Shown one piece after another: positions 36,493-49,853 of a stretch of 64,000 nt of DNA (position 1 is its first letter; each line of letters begins with the position of its first letter). The position numbers were made by a program, and so were the translations under genes. This DNA is from Vicugna vicugna. Its lineage: Eukaryota. The stretch is from NCBI GenBank assembly GCA_013265495.1, contig MU062295.1, forward strand, positions 930,001-994,000. Direction: 5' to 3'. The notes under the pieces were generated by a model. The model saw only the letters and a program-made list of their open reading frames with translations, was not told the DNA's origin and made no database searches.

Positions 36493-38229
36493 CTAAAAGG
36501 AGAAAAACTAAGGTCAGAATTTTGTGGAACGGGCATATTTTGGAATAAAAAGAAGAAATTACGGATACTGAAGAACCCATAATTTGGGTGTTTGGGGACT
36601 CTGTCTTGAGTGTAGATGACATTTTCCAGTAGCTAACTCTGAAGTGAACAGCTGGTGTTTGCGTGGAACTGGGGGAGAAGGAGGAAGTGTGACTCTTTTC
36701 TGGTGGTGGAGAGACGTGCATGGCATCCTACTTTCATATATTTTAACACCTTATGGGATAAGCAAAGAGCTTTCACACAAGTTAAATCTTATTTAAGGAC
36801 ATAACCCTGAAAGGTCACAGTATTGCCTTCATTTTTTTTTTTACTGGCGAGTAAACAGGTTCAGAGAAGTTCAATAAAGGTGCTGGGGGGAAAAGGCAGC
36901 CCAGCCTCTAACTGTAAACCCTGGGTCCTCCCTGCCTGGTACAGCGCCTGCAACTTACTTGGGAGCTAAGCAACGCTCTGATTAATTCTGGAGAGTCTGC
37001 AGTGATCAAGTTAGTCTCTCTTCATAGAGACAGGAGTCTGGGTGGACCAGAAGTAAGTCCTTCCCAGCCACCAGGCTGCTGGTTTCCTGTCCCTGGTGCG
37101 ATCAAATAAATTCCATGATTCTTCAGGTGTGACTAAGGACAGATTGTAAATACAATTCCTGAAGAAAGAGTATCTGTTTGGGGTCCTCTCAGCCATGTGC
37201 TCTCTGGATCAGCCTTATAATTACTGGAAATTAAATACTGGGGAGGACACTGCTTTTGCTTGGCTGAAAGCCTTGTTTACCAAACCTGCAGCCAAACTGT
37301 TTCTCCACTGATTTCCCCTGGGCCTGCTGTGCTGTACTGAATTTTACCTTAAAGCTCAGCAACTGTGAAAGTCTTCCTCTACAAAACCCTTCTCTCCCCA
37401 TCACACTCACACAAGGAAAAATAAATACGGAGGCACACAAAGCACAAATGGCATCCTTTTCCAAGGACAGTTTCTGAGGGATTTCCCCACAGCAAACTGG
37501 ATACTTTGGAACCTTCGGAATTCTCCGGGCCCTTGGGCAACCATTGAAGGGTGCTGGGGGCATAAACACAAGCCCTTGGGCAGGCTCCCACCTGCCAGGG
37601 TAGGGAAGGAAGGAGGGAAGGAGAATTAGTTGCTGTAACAGGGAAGGTGGACTCATGCTAAGCTGAGGTTTTCCTGGGTTTCTTATTCCTTCATGGCCCA
37701 AGCGCAGGCAGAGAAGGGACCAGAAGTCTGGGGAAATGACGGAAATTTTGAGGAAGGAGAGAAGTTCTCCTCTGCGCTCCGTCTAGACAATTCCAGACAC
37801 CCAGGGCACCTACCAAAGGCCCCTCTAGAGACAAAACAAAATGAGGGAAGCAGCACACCCCTTCAGGCTGCCTCACGGAGCTATGACTTTAAACTGCATC
37901 TCTGTGGCTTGCACTCTGCGCATGATCTGATTATGTCGACTTCACCTGATCCGCGTGGCTTATTGGGTACATACCTTATTTGGCAGATCGGAATGAATTT
38001 TGGCTACAGTCAACTGTGTTAAAGTCTCCAGTTCTTGGTTACCTAACTTCTGGGTTACGAGCTTCCAAAGAAAATGAGCTGTAATACATTTAACAGTTGT
38101 CTGGTTCCAAGCCTTGGGCCCAGTGCCTCTCAGACTTCATCTCATTTTATAAAGAAACTACACAGCCACCTCAGTCTTTTGCTGAACCAAATGTATCTTT
38201 TAGTCTCACCATGACTCAGGAGAGAGCAC

Positions 38230-38460
38230 AGCAGTAGAGTAGGTGAATAAGTGCATAGATTTTGGGGTGAGAATCACCTGGGTTCAAATCCTGGCTCAGC
38301 CACTTACTAGCTGTGTGATCTTGGGGAAGGTTCTTAACCTTTCTGAGCTTCAATGATCTTATGCGTAGAATGGGAATAATAAAACCTATTCACAGGATTT
38401 CTTTTTTGAAGGTTAAATATAACAACGTGGGTAAAGTACCGTATGCTTAATTCATAGAAG
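38230..38460 (+). mobile_element. MIR SINE
   Basis: cctgggttcaaatcctggctcagccacttactagctgtgtgatcttgggg. Confidence 0.85.
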
Positions 38461-38553
38461 CACTCAGTATGTAGGAACCATTATGAAAGGAAGTATAAGA
38501 AATCTCAGGGTGTGCTGTCCTGTTTATAGGTAACCTGGATCTTGTATTACTCA

Positions 38554-38661
<108 letters not shown>

Positions 38662-38884
38662 CTAGGAAAATATGGAAATGGAAAGAATTATGTTAATTCT
38701 TCATCAGGTGCCATCAGGTGAGTGACTACCTGTAAAAATAATAAGATCAATTGCCCATGAACAAATCACAGCTTTTTAAAATAGCCTGACTTCATTTCAT
38801 ATTTTAAGTGGAAGTGAAAATCGGCCTTTTCAATAAAGGCCATTTAAATATTTAAATATATGTCCCATTTAAATATTTTAATGT

Positions 38885-39310
38885 AGTTTTTGAACAGGTA
38901 ATATAATAACATAGTTCAAAATCAAATTAGTATAAGAAAGGTGTGCAGTGAAAAATCTTGCTTACAGCCTTTTCCCTACTCCCAACCTGTCTCCCTTCTG
39001 CTATCTTTTATTTGTGTGTATGTGTGCACACGTGTACACTTTTTGCTCATGACTTTTCACAAATACAAGCAAATATGACTACAAAGCGTATTTTATTTCC
39101 CCATCTTTTAATGTGTTATACACAGTCTTCTGTATCGCCCTGGCATTTTTCACTTAACAATTTGTCTTGGAGGTCTTTCCATCTTGATATATAAGAAATT
39201 TTCCCATTCTTTTTATCTGTTCTGGTTTAAATTAGAGAAGAATTCAAAAGGGTTTATCTTCTTTTTTTTCAACCAGTCCTCAGAACAGTTGTAAATGTGA
39301 CTTTAATCAG
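38885..39310 (-). mobile_element. Old L1ME-type 3' region
   Basis: ttttgaacaggtaatata...agtgaaaaatctt...ttttcacttaacaat...tctttccatc. Confidence 0.55.
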
Positions 39311-39398
39311 AATTATAATGTGTGGGTTTTTGTATTTTGGCTTATTGTTTTTGCTTTGTTTGCATTTTGTTTTGTTTGTCCTTCTAAATTGGAGGATT

Positions 39399-39547
39399 TT
39401 GGGGTTTTTTATTTTTTTTTCCTCTTTTTTCTTTATGGGGAAGATAATTGGGTTTATTTATTGATATTTGGAGGAGGTACTGGGGATTGAACCCAGGACC
39501 TCGTGCATGCTAAGCATGCGCTCTACCACTGAGCTCTACCCTGCCCT
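39399..39547 (-). mobile_element. Camelid tRNA-Ala SINE (intron 12)
   Basis: Near-intact tRNA-Ala(AGC)-like body; TSD gaggatt at 39392-39398 and 39548-39554. Confidence 0.92.
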
Positions 39548-39849
39548 GAGGATTCTTTTTTAATATATATAAAGTTTGTCTGTTTTCTTTTTTGGCTTTA
39601 GAAGGCCAAGGGTATATGAGTGAGTTCTTATGGGATTCTTGCTGGAATTCCATCTTCCCAGAGATACAGGACTTTCACAAAACACAGCTCACGTGGGAGG
39701 TTTCGCAGCTTTGGCTCATCCACAAAATTCTAATTTCTGCTGTAGTCCCAAAATGCAAGTCAGACTTAGGAGATACAGGGATGGAGTAATAGGCAAGAAG
39801 CACGTAAGAAGCAATTCTTATTTCAGAGAAAAATGGGTAAGTGACTTAC

Positions 39850-39945
39850 GGCATCAGTCTTATTCTGCCTCCACAGGCGAGGTACGTCACACACCTGCAT
39901 AAACATCCCTTTCAGGTTGGCAATTACGACAGCTGCCAAGACCGA
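39850..39945 (-). CDS. SLC26A4: Pendrin exon 12 (96 nt): [32 protein letters not shown]
   Basis: Manual translation; ctggcag acceptor, GCC|gtaagt donor. Confidence 0.97.
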
Positions 39946-40080
39946 CTGCCAGGGGAGACAGGGAAGGCTGTGTTACGCTGGGGAATGGATTTCCATGTGA
40001 TGATGTTTAAATCTTTTATTTCTCTGGGGGCAGAGCAGTGAAGGGAGATTATGCAATCAGGGTGGGGAGAAGCAGGGTTA

Positions 40081-40182
<102 letters not shown>

Positions 40183-40824
40183 TCAACAGGGTTCATCCCG
40201 TCCCCTCTGGATGTCTGTCTGCTGGATATGTGCGTGAGAAAGCCCGCTGAGGGGTGCACTTGGCGCTTCCTGACCTCCCCCCTTCTGCTCAATACTGTTG
40301 AGAGAAATGAGAATTAGTTGCTAAAACTCTACAAAACTGAGGGAAAATGGAACCCATATATTTAGTAGCTGTGGCAGAGAAATTAAATGTGGAGATAGCC
40401 TATTTGACCTGGATTGCCCTTGGATATATTACAGACCTATACTTTTGGTGTCAGTTCAGGAGGGCAAACTTCTAGTCACTTGCCATACCAGGAAACAGGG
40501 ACCACCCCCCTTTCTCGACAACAGATCCTCGTAAAGTGCTTGGGAAATACATTCTCAGCACGAAACTGATTCTTCTGCATTATTGAATCAGCAGCCTGAT
40601 AACAATTCTGCTAATGCTTTTGAGCACATGGCTGCCATGAAAATCTCATAGAAAATATGCTTACCAGTCCCACTGCAAATTCACAAAACCACAGGAGCCT
40701 GCTGAGAGGTGAGACCACACATCCTCTCCCAGCTGCACAGACGCAGGCTCAGAGCTGTGCCCCGTGGCAGCCCCAGTGAAGGCGGGTCAATTAGCAGGAG
40801 AAAAGGAAGCTTCAGAAACTTTAC

Positions 40825-40857
40825 CTTCGCTGGCAAAAAAGCTCTCCTAAGATCCAT
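40825..40857 (-). CDS. SLC26A4: Candidate alternative first coding exon in intron 10: MDLRRAFLPAK, phase 0 into exon 11
   Basis: tttATGG...GCGAAG|gtaaag; 33 nt; in-frame TAA 9 nt upstream of the ATG; unique sequence. No transcript evidence available. Confidence 0.4.
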
Positions 40858-42860
40858 AAATAGTTAGGAGAGAGGCTGAGGGGGTGGGGACTATTCTCTG
40901 GTGTGATTAGATGACCAGTGGATTCTCTGCTGAGACAGCTGGGACCTGGCCGAGGTGAAGGCTAGAAGCTCTGAAACAAAGGAGAGGAGACAGGGAGCCA
41001 GAGGCAAAGCGATCAGAGGGGAAGCAGCAGAGAAGGTTGCATTGGGCACAAGTACTGCCACGTGCAAGATGCTTGAGTCAAAGGAGACGCAAAAAGCCAA
41101 TATACATAGAAAATCCGAAAACTTAAGGCAATTTCATAGTCACACTCATTCTCTCCACCTGGCAAATTGATCATGCACGTTCAGAGGACAGCTAGACCAG
41201 CCTGAGGCAGTATTATGTACATGATGTACTGAAAAGTCTGCTCTGTCCAGACAGATCTCCTTCCTAGGCAGTTTATTACCTCCCAGAACCATACCTCTGG
41301 GTTCCCAGTTCCTTGTGAGCTTTCCCCTCTCCTATCTAAGAGAAGCTAGCATCCTCTCTCCCGCCTTCCCTCCTTCCTTCCATGCAGTTTCTTAACCATA
41401 TCTATTGTCTGTCCTGAGCCATATGTATCTCACTGTGGATGTAGGGCTCTATGGACTGGTGAGAGAGATGGAGAGCTGGGGACAGGAACCATAGCCAGCT
41501 GCCCAATTCACGCCAGGAGGGTGGCCACCGACTCACCAAGCATAGGGAATAATTAGCCTGCAGTTGGGGGACCAAGATTAATTTTCATTACTATATTAAA
41601 GTCTGTGAGTGACCCATTACCTGTACTTAATTTGTAAGGAGAAATTACTTATTTTGTGGGGAATGCTGTAGATTTTATATCTCTGAGCAGACTCGATTAC
41701 TAGAAAATTAATTCTGTTGAGTGAGAAGGTAATCAGCTAGAGAGCAGTTTGTCATCAGAATTACTTTTTCATGAATCAGTAGCAGTCAGGTTGGACTGAA
41801 AGAGCAGGTTGCAGCGATGAGCTCTTCTACCATCTGCAGATGTGCTGAAAACACTTGATGCCCACCAACACTCATGCTTCTATTCGTTCACTCAGCAAAT
41901 ACATGCTGGATGTTTCACGTGTCAGGTACAACGTATGTGTCTCAGGTACTAAGACACTGTTCCTACCTGGAGAAACTAATGACTGGAATGATCAACATTT
42001 ACAAGTATGGGCAGGGATTTTACAAACATTTTCTTACTCAATCCTCACAACATCCCTATGAGATGGATTCAGTGATTATCCCCATTGCATAGATGCTGAA
42101 ACTGAGGCTCCAACATTAAAAGGGAGCATGAGAAGCCACACAAGGGAAGACCTGCCAGTTTATTTGATCATGAGTCCCTGGATTTCAGTCCAGGCATTTA
42201 GACTTTTAACCCCAGAATTTAGTATACGTTTCAGTAATTAAATATCAAGCTATTTCTGTGCTTGTTTCATTCTTCAATACTGAAATCCTGGCATCCTTCA
42301 TTCCTAAATATAATACACGCCAGTGTGTGGCAGGGGCTATTAGCTTACCAGAACACCATTATCCCCAAACCCTCTGCCAAGGAATCACTTTACATGGGCA
42401 TTCTCTCTGGGGGGCGGTGGGCAGGGTCGTATGGAGGGGGGTGTGCCTCCTCTGAGCCTGCAGGTAACAGCAGGAGTGTGGAGATCACCATGTGGGGGTC
42501 TGCCTGCATCCTCTTACAGCCGTGTGTTCTGGGGAGCTCATCAGTGCCCCATTTCCAGTGGAAGCAGCAGAAACTCTCGCTGCTGACAGCTGCCCCCGAA
42601 TATGGGCAACTCTGGAAATCACCCCCGACCTCTTCCCCTTGACCCCAGATCTGCGCTCACGCTTCCTGTTGGGGCTGTGTTGTTTTACGTGCTCCCTCAG
42701 AACCAGAAATGTTTGCAGGAAAAAAAAAAAGAATACTCCATTTTTAAAATAAAAATTCTGAAAATGAAAATTAAATTTTTGTTCAGCAGGAGCCATGAAA
42801 TGGGAAGAAGTTGATTCTTCCAACCCCGTCACAAAGACCTATTATAAATGGGAAAGTAGA

Positions 42861-42941
42861 GGGGTGGAAATAGCTCAGGGGTAGAGCGCATGCTTAGCAC
42901 GCACAAGGTCCTGGGTCCAATCCCCAGTGCCTCCATCAAAA
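42861..42941 (+). mobile_element. Camelid tRNA-Ala SINE, short-tail form (intron 10)
   Basis: tagctcaggggtagagcgcatgcttagcacgcacaaggtcctgggtccaatccccagtgcctcca; tail almost absent. Confidence 0.88.
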
Positions 42942-44001
42942 GATTTTTATTTTAATTTTTTAAAAATGGAAAGGAATACCACGGGCACTTTGGGGACAAT
43001 GAAAACTTTCCTAGGGAAGCTCAGGGTTGGAGTCAGTTATCTCAGTTACTCGCTTTCATGCTTATTTGTAAGTGTCTCTGCCTTAAAGAAACCTTATTTG
43101 AAGACCGTGTGTAAGGGCAGGGGGATGTATATGTGTGTGTATGTGTGTGTGTTACACTATTTACTTTGGGTTTGTTGTTCTTTATTGTCTCAATGAACTT
43201 TTCACTCTTCAGTAATAGTTCTTTCTGTGCTGTTAGGAGAAAACTCGCCAACAAACAGAAGCCTAGTTCCTGAGCCTGCCTCCTGCCCCATCCACTGGTT
43301 GGGCCTTGCTGACTCATATGTGGCTGGAAAGGATAGCTTCCGAGAACAGCTCCCAAACTTTCTGGCCGACTGAAGGAGGGGTTTGCCAGAGATTAACTGG
43401 GATGCTGGGTTTTGGGTCACCTTGCAAAGGCAACAACTAAAAACCACATTTAAACAGCAGGATTAAACCCACATTCAGAATGCCAGGAACAAAAATTTAC
43501 TCAGGGAGAAATGCCAAAATGTTCCAACAAAAATAACGTTGGCCAGCAAACTGCTGTTCTGTGGGACCAAACTCTTCTGGAGGAAGTCCCTGACTCTTAT
43601 AAAGGAAATATAAATTGACGCTTTTCATTTTCCTGAAAATGTAATAACTCACTCAGCCATGAAGTGCTCTTACTACCAGGCCTTCTCTATCCTCAGATAA
43701 CAAATTGGTAAAAAATCAGCATTCTTCATTACTGATTGCTTGTCAACGGTTATTTTCCCTGAAAAAGCAGGTAAGCATAGCTGTCTGCCAGCTAAGCAGG
43801 GACACAAAGAGGCTGGAGAATGGCTGCATCAGAAAACCATAAATGTTGTTGACGAGGTTTTCCGGAAGGGGGTAGATCCCGAAGAGAGATAGGCCCGAGG
43901 TGAAATCAGGTCAGAAAGGGCAAGTTTCTCTCTTCCTCAAAGGCTAATTGTCCTGCTCAGAGCTTGTGCAAGCCTTTCTGAGCCACCACTGCCCTGAGTC
44001 A

Positions 44002-44151
<150 letters not shown>

Positions 44152-44628
44152 CTAAAAGAGAGACTAGATGAGAGTGATGTTCCAAATACAGTCTTGGTAA
44201 GATCCTCACCAGGAGGGTTTAAAGAAGAACGTTAAGAAAGCCACCTCCCAAACCCACCCTGCCTGGGATCCCCAGTTTTGTTCTTACCATTAAAGGTGCT
44301 TGGAGCCCTTGAAAGACATCCACTGAGCCTGAGAGAGGCCTCACTGCTCCCAGTTGTTCTCAAGAATTGATCTTTTGCTCAAATGCTAATTTCACTTCCT
44401 GGTGAATGGCATTTGTGGAGCTCTCACATAAAACATTTTTTCTGTGGTTGGATATTTGCTACGAAGCATATTATGACTAAGAGAGCTACTATTCTGAGTA
44501 CTAATTGTCTAAGTGCTGTAATTGCTATGCTGTGTTTTCAGAAACACAGTACTTGCAGCTTTGTGAGCAGTGGAAAATGCTCACCTGGTAACATATCATA
44601 CGCTATAAAAACTGTCCTGTAGCTATTA

Positions 44629-45045
44629 CAGGCATCCCCTGCTTTTCGGAAGTTCGCTTTGCGCCACTTGGCTTTTGTGAGAGACCTACATTAGTACTTG
44701 TTTTTGCTAACTGAAGGAAATCTCAAGAGGATTTTCGCTTTCACGAAAAAGGGCGAAAGCGTTTGTTTTGCAGTAAGCCAGTACAGAGGCTGCGTGCCGC
44801 CCCCCACCCCCAAGCAGGGAGAGCGGCACCGCCAAGCTCCTTCCCCAGGAACCACACTCAGCATCTCAGCATCAAGCTGCTATCACTCTTAACTGTATTA
44901 TTGTGAACACTTGTTCTCCATCTCGGTTTATTTCGTGCATCTGTTTTCAAGATGTGTCCTAAGGTGATTGCTTCTTCACTTGACACCATTTCAGCTTAAG
45001 AAAGATTTCATGGGAACACTCTACTTTTGGACTGAGGGAGAAACC
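44629..45045. mobile_element. TcMar-Tigger-like MITE (intron 9)
   Basis: TA|caggcatcccctgcttttcggaagttcgc ... ctacttttggactgagggagaaacc|TA; degenerate terminal inverted repeats and TA flanks. Confidence 0.6.
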
Positions 45046-45284
45046 TACCACTGCACAGTGAACTGCCTCAATTTAAAATGGTCACAACATATTACTGATG
45101 TTTGTTGCATTGTTTTGCTGTATTATAACCATCACTTAAAAAAAATTACTGGGAGATACTAGATTACATGAAGAATTCTTATTCTGACTTAATATGTTAA
45201 CCTTAAATGTTACTTACGATTTGACTGAATTATTTTCTTAAATTAGGATTACTTCAACTTATTTCTTAAAAAGTAAATTGATGT

Positions 45285-45420
45285 ATACAGCAAGGACATA
45301 TAGCCAATATTTTATAATAACTATAAGTGGAGTATAACCTTTAGAACTTGTGAATCACTGTGTTATACACCTGAAACATATAATAATGTACATCAACTAT
45401 GCCTCAATTAAGAAAAATAA
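45285..45420 (+). mobile_element. Short L1 3'-end fragment within older L1ME sequence
   Basis: tatagccaatattttataataact...gtacatcaactatgcctcaatt-A. Confidence 0.75.
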
Positions 45421-45932
45421 ATGTTTTAAAAATGTAAAAAAGAACTATATCAAGCTAATACAACCCATGGGGCTTGTTTGGATACTTAGGCAAACAAAAC
45501 AACTGTTTAAAAAAAACTTTTTAAGATAATTTGAAAACTGACTAGATATTTGATGTTATTAAGGAATTACTGTTAAAATTTTTAGTTGTGAAAATGATAT
45601 TGTGGTTATACCTAGAAATGGACTGGATATTAGATGTTTTTAGGGAGTTACAGCTCGTTTTTTAATATAAGTGATGTATCATGATTGTGTTTTTTAAATG
45701 CTTATCTTTCAGAGATATATAATGAAATAAAATATGGATAAACAGTAAAATAGATTTTAAAAAGTAAAGTGATACAGCACACAGATTTCAAAATAATTTC
45801 ACATTAGCATACACAGGAGAGAAACCAACTCAATAGAGGTGGGTGGAAGAAACCAGTCCCTTCTTTAGCAGACAACAAAATCTTTTCCATTTTCTGTTTT
45901 CTCCTTATTTGCAGCCCTTCAAAACCAGTTCA

Positions 45933-46109
<177 letters not shown>

Positions 46110-47989
46110 TTAAACAAAAAATGCTGTGAAGATTTGACCACAGTGCTCTTTCCCCACCTCACCAAATGCTCTATCAATGCAGCCACAAGTCACATATGAA
46201 AGGACTTAACCCAGAAGGACAAGAGGTATGTAAGATGTATCAACTGCTTTTACAGTTTTTAATCAGAAGTTGGTGTTTTCTCACTGGCTGATTCCTTTGG
46301 CCCCTATTTGAGAGCCTACAAGTGCTGCTTTATCTATGCCTCTGACAAGAACAAACCTGTCATTACTGATTCTTTAGTACCATACAATCCCATGCCACGC
46401 CATTTCACACATTAATGTTTCCCGACACAATTTCATCTTAAAGGTTTTTGAATTTAAAAGACGTCCCAGCCAGAAAATGAGATTTACCTCGTACAAAGAG
46501 ATGTCAGGTCTGTTAAAAAGGCAAAGAATATAAGATGCTAAAATAGTGGAAAATCCATTTCTAAGAGCCATGATATTAAAATCTTCTTGAGTCCAAAAAG
46601 GATGAAATTTATGTAATTACTGGAATAGTCACAGCGACTAAGACATCCCAATGATTGTGGGTTCAAACAATTACTGTTCGACAAAACTAGAGCTACTGTA
46701 CCAACCATATAAAGAAATAAACCTTCAAGTTTATAAGCATACAGTTGTCGCTAAATATGAAAATAGAAAATTGGAGGGATGGCTTTCTTGTACCTGTATT
46801 TTGATGACTATCCATATGGTGTAATTCCAGAGGCCCCTGGCCAAAAAATACAACAAAAACCACTCTCCCTGACCTACCTCACTTAAGCCGAAAGTTCCCT
46901 TAATAGGAAACTACATTTCCCTCCTATAATTAGGAGGATATGGTAAAGTAGAAATAAGATTCTTATAGAAAACAATAGACATCTAGAGCTAGCTAATATC
47001 TTAATATTATCCAAATTAATATCCTAATCTAATATCCTACATATTGTTGAATCCACTTCTCTCTTTTTGCTGTTAAGGGAACTGACTCTCCGATAAGTGA
47101 AGTGATTTGCTCAAGGTCATTTAGTAGGTCTAGGTATGAAGTTAGCCATTAGATGATTTCCTGGGTAGCTAGGGCTGACTGGCCCTCTTAGAGCCTGCGT
47201 GTTAAGAAAAAGCCTTAGTGAGGGAATGAGGGTTTGGGTAAATCTTGGTGGGCTACTCAGAAGCTGACCAGACATGGAGAAATTGTGTATTTGGCCAGGA
47301 TAGGGGGTGGAGAGAAGGGTAAGTGGTCACGATCTGGGGGACGGTGTCATTGGGCACCGAGTGACAGTAACACATGGCTTTGACCCCCAATGAGACAAAA
47401 GGAAGATGCTTTTACTCCCTTACTGGGGGACTGAACCGGGGAGGGGTATAGAGGTGGGCTAGCGCCTCGTTTCTCTTTCTCTTTGTTCATGTTACCAGGC
47501 TTGTTTCTGTGCTACCAAAAAGCGAACAAGACCAATGGGATCATGCCTTGGGGGAGGAGCTGTAGTCCCAGGGCCAGGCAGGCTAGGTCGGCTGGCCAGT
47601 CACACCAGGTGGTCTGTCAGCGATACAGCTTGATAAGCCCCAGAGCAAGAGGCCAGAGATTCATTCTCAGCAGGAGTGCAGCCAGGAAAGCTCTGGAGAG
47701 GACCAGAAAGGATCAGCTAGGGAGCAAAACTGAGTTCCCAAAACCTCTTAACGGAGCATGGACTTCTGGGACAGCGCCTTTGCTGTGGAACTCCTCCAAG
47801 TGCTACATCCTGGAAAGCCTGACAACAGGGACCTCTAAAACGTCTTTCTTAATGTAGCTCTTTACAACTACTCAAATCATCTAATTGTTAGGGTAGAAGC
47901 GCCGTCACTCAAGTAGCCACGCTGGGTCTTTTATCATGGAATTTATGCCGGCATTAGGATTCACTATCAAAATGTTGATCCTAATGTAA

Positions 47990-48163
47990 AGTTTCCCAAA
48001 TTTACCTGATTGTTAGAATCACTTGAGGACCCTTTGAAAAATATTAAGTCCCAGGTCCCTCCCCTGGAACGCCTGACTCCATAGATTCAGGGTGGGAACC
48101 GGGAATGTGTGTTAACCAGGGTCTCCTGTGATTCTTACAAAGAAGTAAGTCTGAGAAACACTG
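47990..48163. mobile_element. MER5-like hAT MITE
   Basis: gtttcccaaattt...agaatcacttgagg...gattctt...tctgagaaacactg. Confidence 0.6.
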
Positions 48164-48668
48164 GAATGGATGATATGTAAATTAAGCACCATGTAGCCAG
48201 TTGTAATTTTTCAGTTTTTTTTTTTTAACAGATTAGAAGGAATTGTAAGAGTAATCCAATAGCAAGGCAGCAGTTCCTGGGGAATGAGCACCGGGACTTT
48301 GCCAACCCAGGGAGTTTGTACCAAGAGCATGAGAAACACAGGCTGATCCAGGTCCCTCAGCTAGTGTTGAGGGAGGGGAGACTAGTACTTACTGGTTATC
48401 TAACTGCAAGTCTAGTCGTAGATGCTATAAGTTAGTGTTACAGATCTAATAAACACCTGGGCTTCTTTTTCAACGTCCTGTGAACAAATTATAGTGTAGG
48501 GCCCTTGGTCCCCGCTGCACTATGTGAGCGACCTCTTTGGTGTTTCACCACAAGCTTCAGCTGAGATTTCGGCAGTCTGTCATTATCTCTGTGTTATAGG
48601 AGAGCCCGCCAGGGCCACAGGGCTAGATAGCGACAGAGGTGGACAAGGGACTTCAGTTCTTTACTCTT

Positions 48669-48753
48669 ATTTTTTTAATGGAGGTGCTGGGGATTGAACC
48701 CAGGACCTCCTGCATGCTAAACACATGTTCTCCGACTGAGCTATTACCCACCC
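48669..48753 (-). mobile_element. Camelid tRNA-Ala SINE, short-tail form (intron 8)
   Basis: ttttttaatggaggtgctggggattgaacccaggacctc...ctgagctattaccc. Confidence 0.9.
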
Positions 48754-49250
48754 TCTCTTTGTTCTTTTAATTCACCAAACTACCAAACATATCAAACCTC
48801 TCTTGAAGATAAAGCATTTTATTTATAAGATCAAATGATGTAACTGTTACCTAAGACTGATTAAACTAAATGGAGGAGAATTTAGGTCAGATGTCCCTTA
48901 TCCTTTAAGCAGACCGTTCTCAGTACAGTAAATGTTACTAGCCATGGTTCTCTCTATTGTATACTGTAATTATACATGTGAGTTTAAGTCAGGAGCCTGG
49001 CATTAACTGTGCCTGTCCTGCTGTGTTTTAAGAACTTAAAGAAAAAAGAGAGCATCTGGGGGCTGCTTTTAAACAAACAGCTTGATCTTTATCTACTCGC
49101 ATACTGTTTATCCGCTAGTTTGCACAAATGGGTATTTCTTTAAGAGTGTTGAAGGAGCACCAATGAAATGAAGCTTGTAATAAAAGGTTTCATTTAAATA
49201 GAAAGCACTGACAATATATCAGCATTGCCCAAGAGCAACTCCATACTCAC

Positions 49251-49333
49251 CCCCTTGGGATGGATTTAACAATGCCAGCATTAAAATTTTTTTCCAAGTT
49301 AACTCCATATGAAATGCCAGTAGCAATTATTGT
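49251..49333 (-). CDS. SLC26A4: Pendrin exon 8 (83 nt): [28 protein letters not shown]
   Basis: Manual translation; tttcag acceptor after a 95-nt intron 7; GGG|gtgagt donor. Confidence 0.97.
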
Positions 49334-49428
49334 CTGAAACAAAATGAAAGAGGTAAAAGTTCATGTGTTTTAACAATTTCTTTCCTTTCTCATGAATGCT
49401 GAATTTTCTAATTACATATTCTACTTAC

Positions 49429-49581
49429 CACAATGACTTCTATAGGAATAGGGACTGGGATTTTGTGTTTAAACCGATCATTTACTTCCTTAACTGCCAT
49501 GCAGATGATAATGGTGAGTAATCCAGCAATGAAATCAGCAAGGTTAGTGTTACCAATATTTTGAAAAATCTCAATCAGAGT
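49429..49581 (-). CDS. SLC26A4: Pendrin exon 7 (153 nt): [51 protein letters not shown]
   Basis: Manual translation; ttttgacag acceptor, GTG|gtaagt donor. Confidence 0.97.
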
Positions 49582-49853
49582 CTGTCAAAAAAAATAATTT
49601 TATATACTTCCCATATGAAAAATCATATCATCACCAAACAGCACTTAAGAATTGCATGTAAAAATCATAAAAGTGTGTTGGCTAATACAGAAACAATTAA
49701 ATACCTCCAGTCTCTGCAGTACATACACCAAGTTATTAATGATGGTTAATTTAGAGTGTAAAACTATAGGTGATTTCTGCTTTCTTATTTTTGCTTATCG
49801 GTACTTTTTACAATAAAAATGAGCTCTTTTAAAAAAGAAACTATATCATTATT

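Noticed and set aside
38823-38878. 16-bp palindrome atttaaatatttaaat and adjacent small hairpin
   Set aside because: AT-only and low complexity; expected by chance or slippage in an AT-rich intron.
39399-39547. Real tRNA-Ala(AGC) genes at the ten tRNA-like loci
   Set aside because: They have A-rich tails, most have TSDs, their 5' ends break the acceptor stem and their stems are mutated. They are SINEs, although tRNA finders may flag them.
40825-40829. 5-nt microexon (ttttttgccag|CGAAG|gtaaag) in intron 10
   Set aside because: It would shift the frame, and the T-tract is short. The first-exon reading of the same donor is more coherent.
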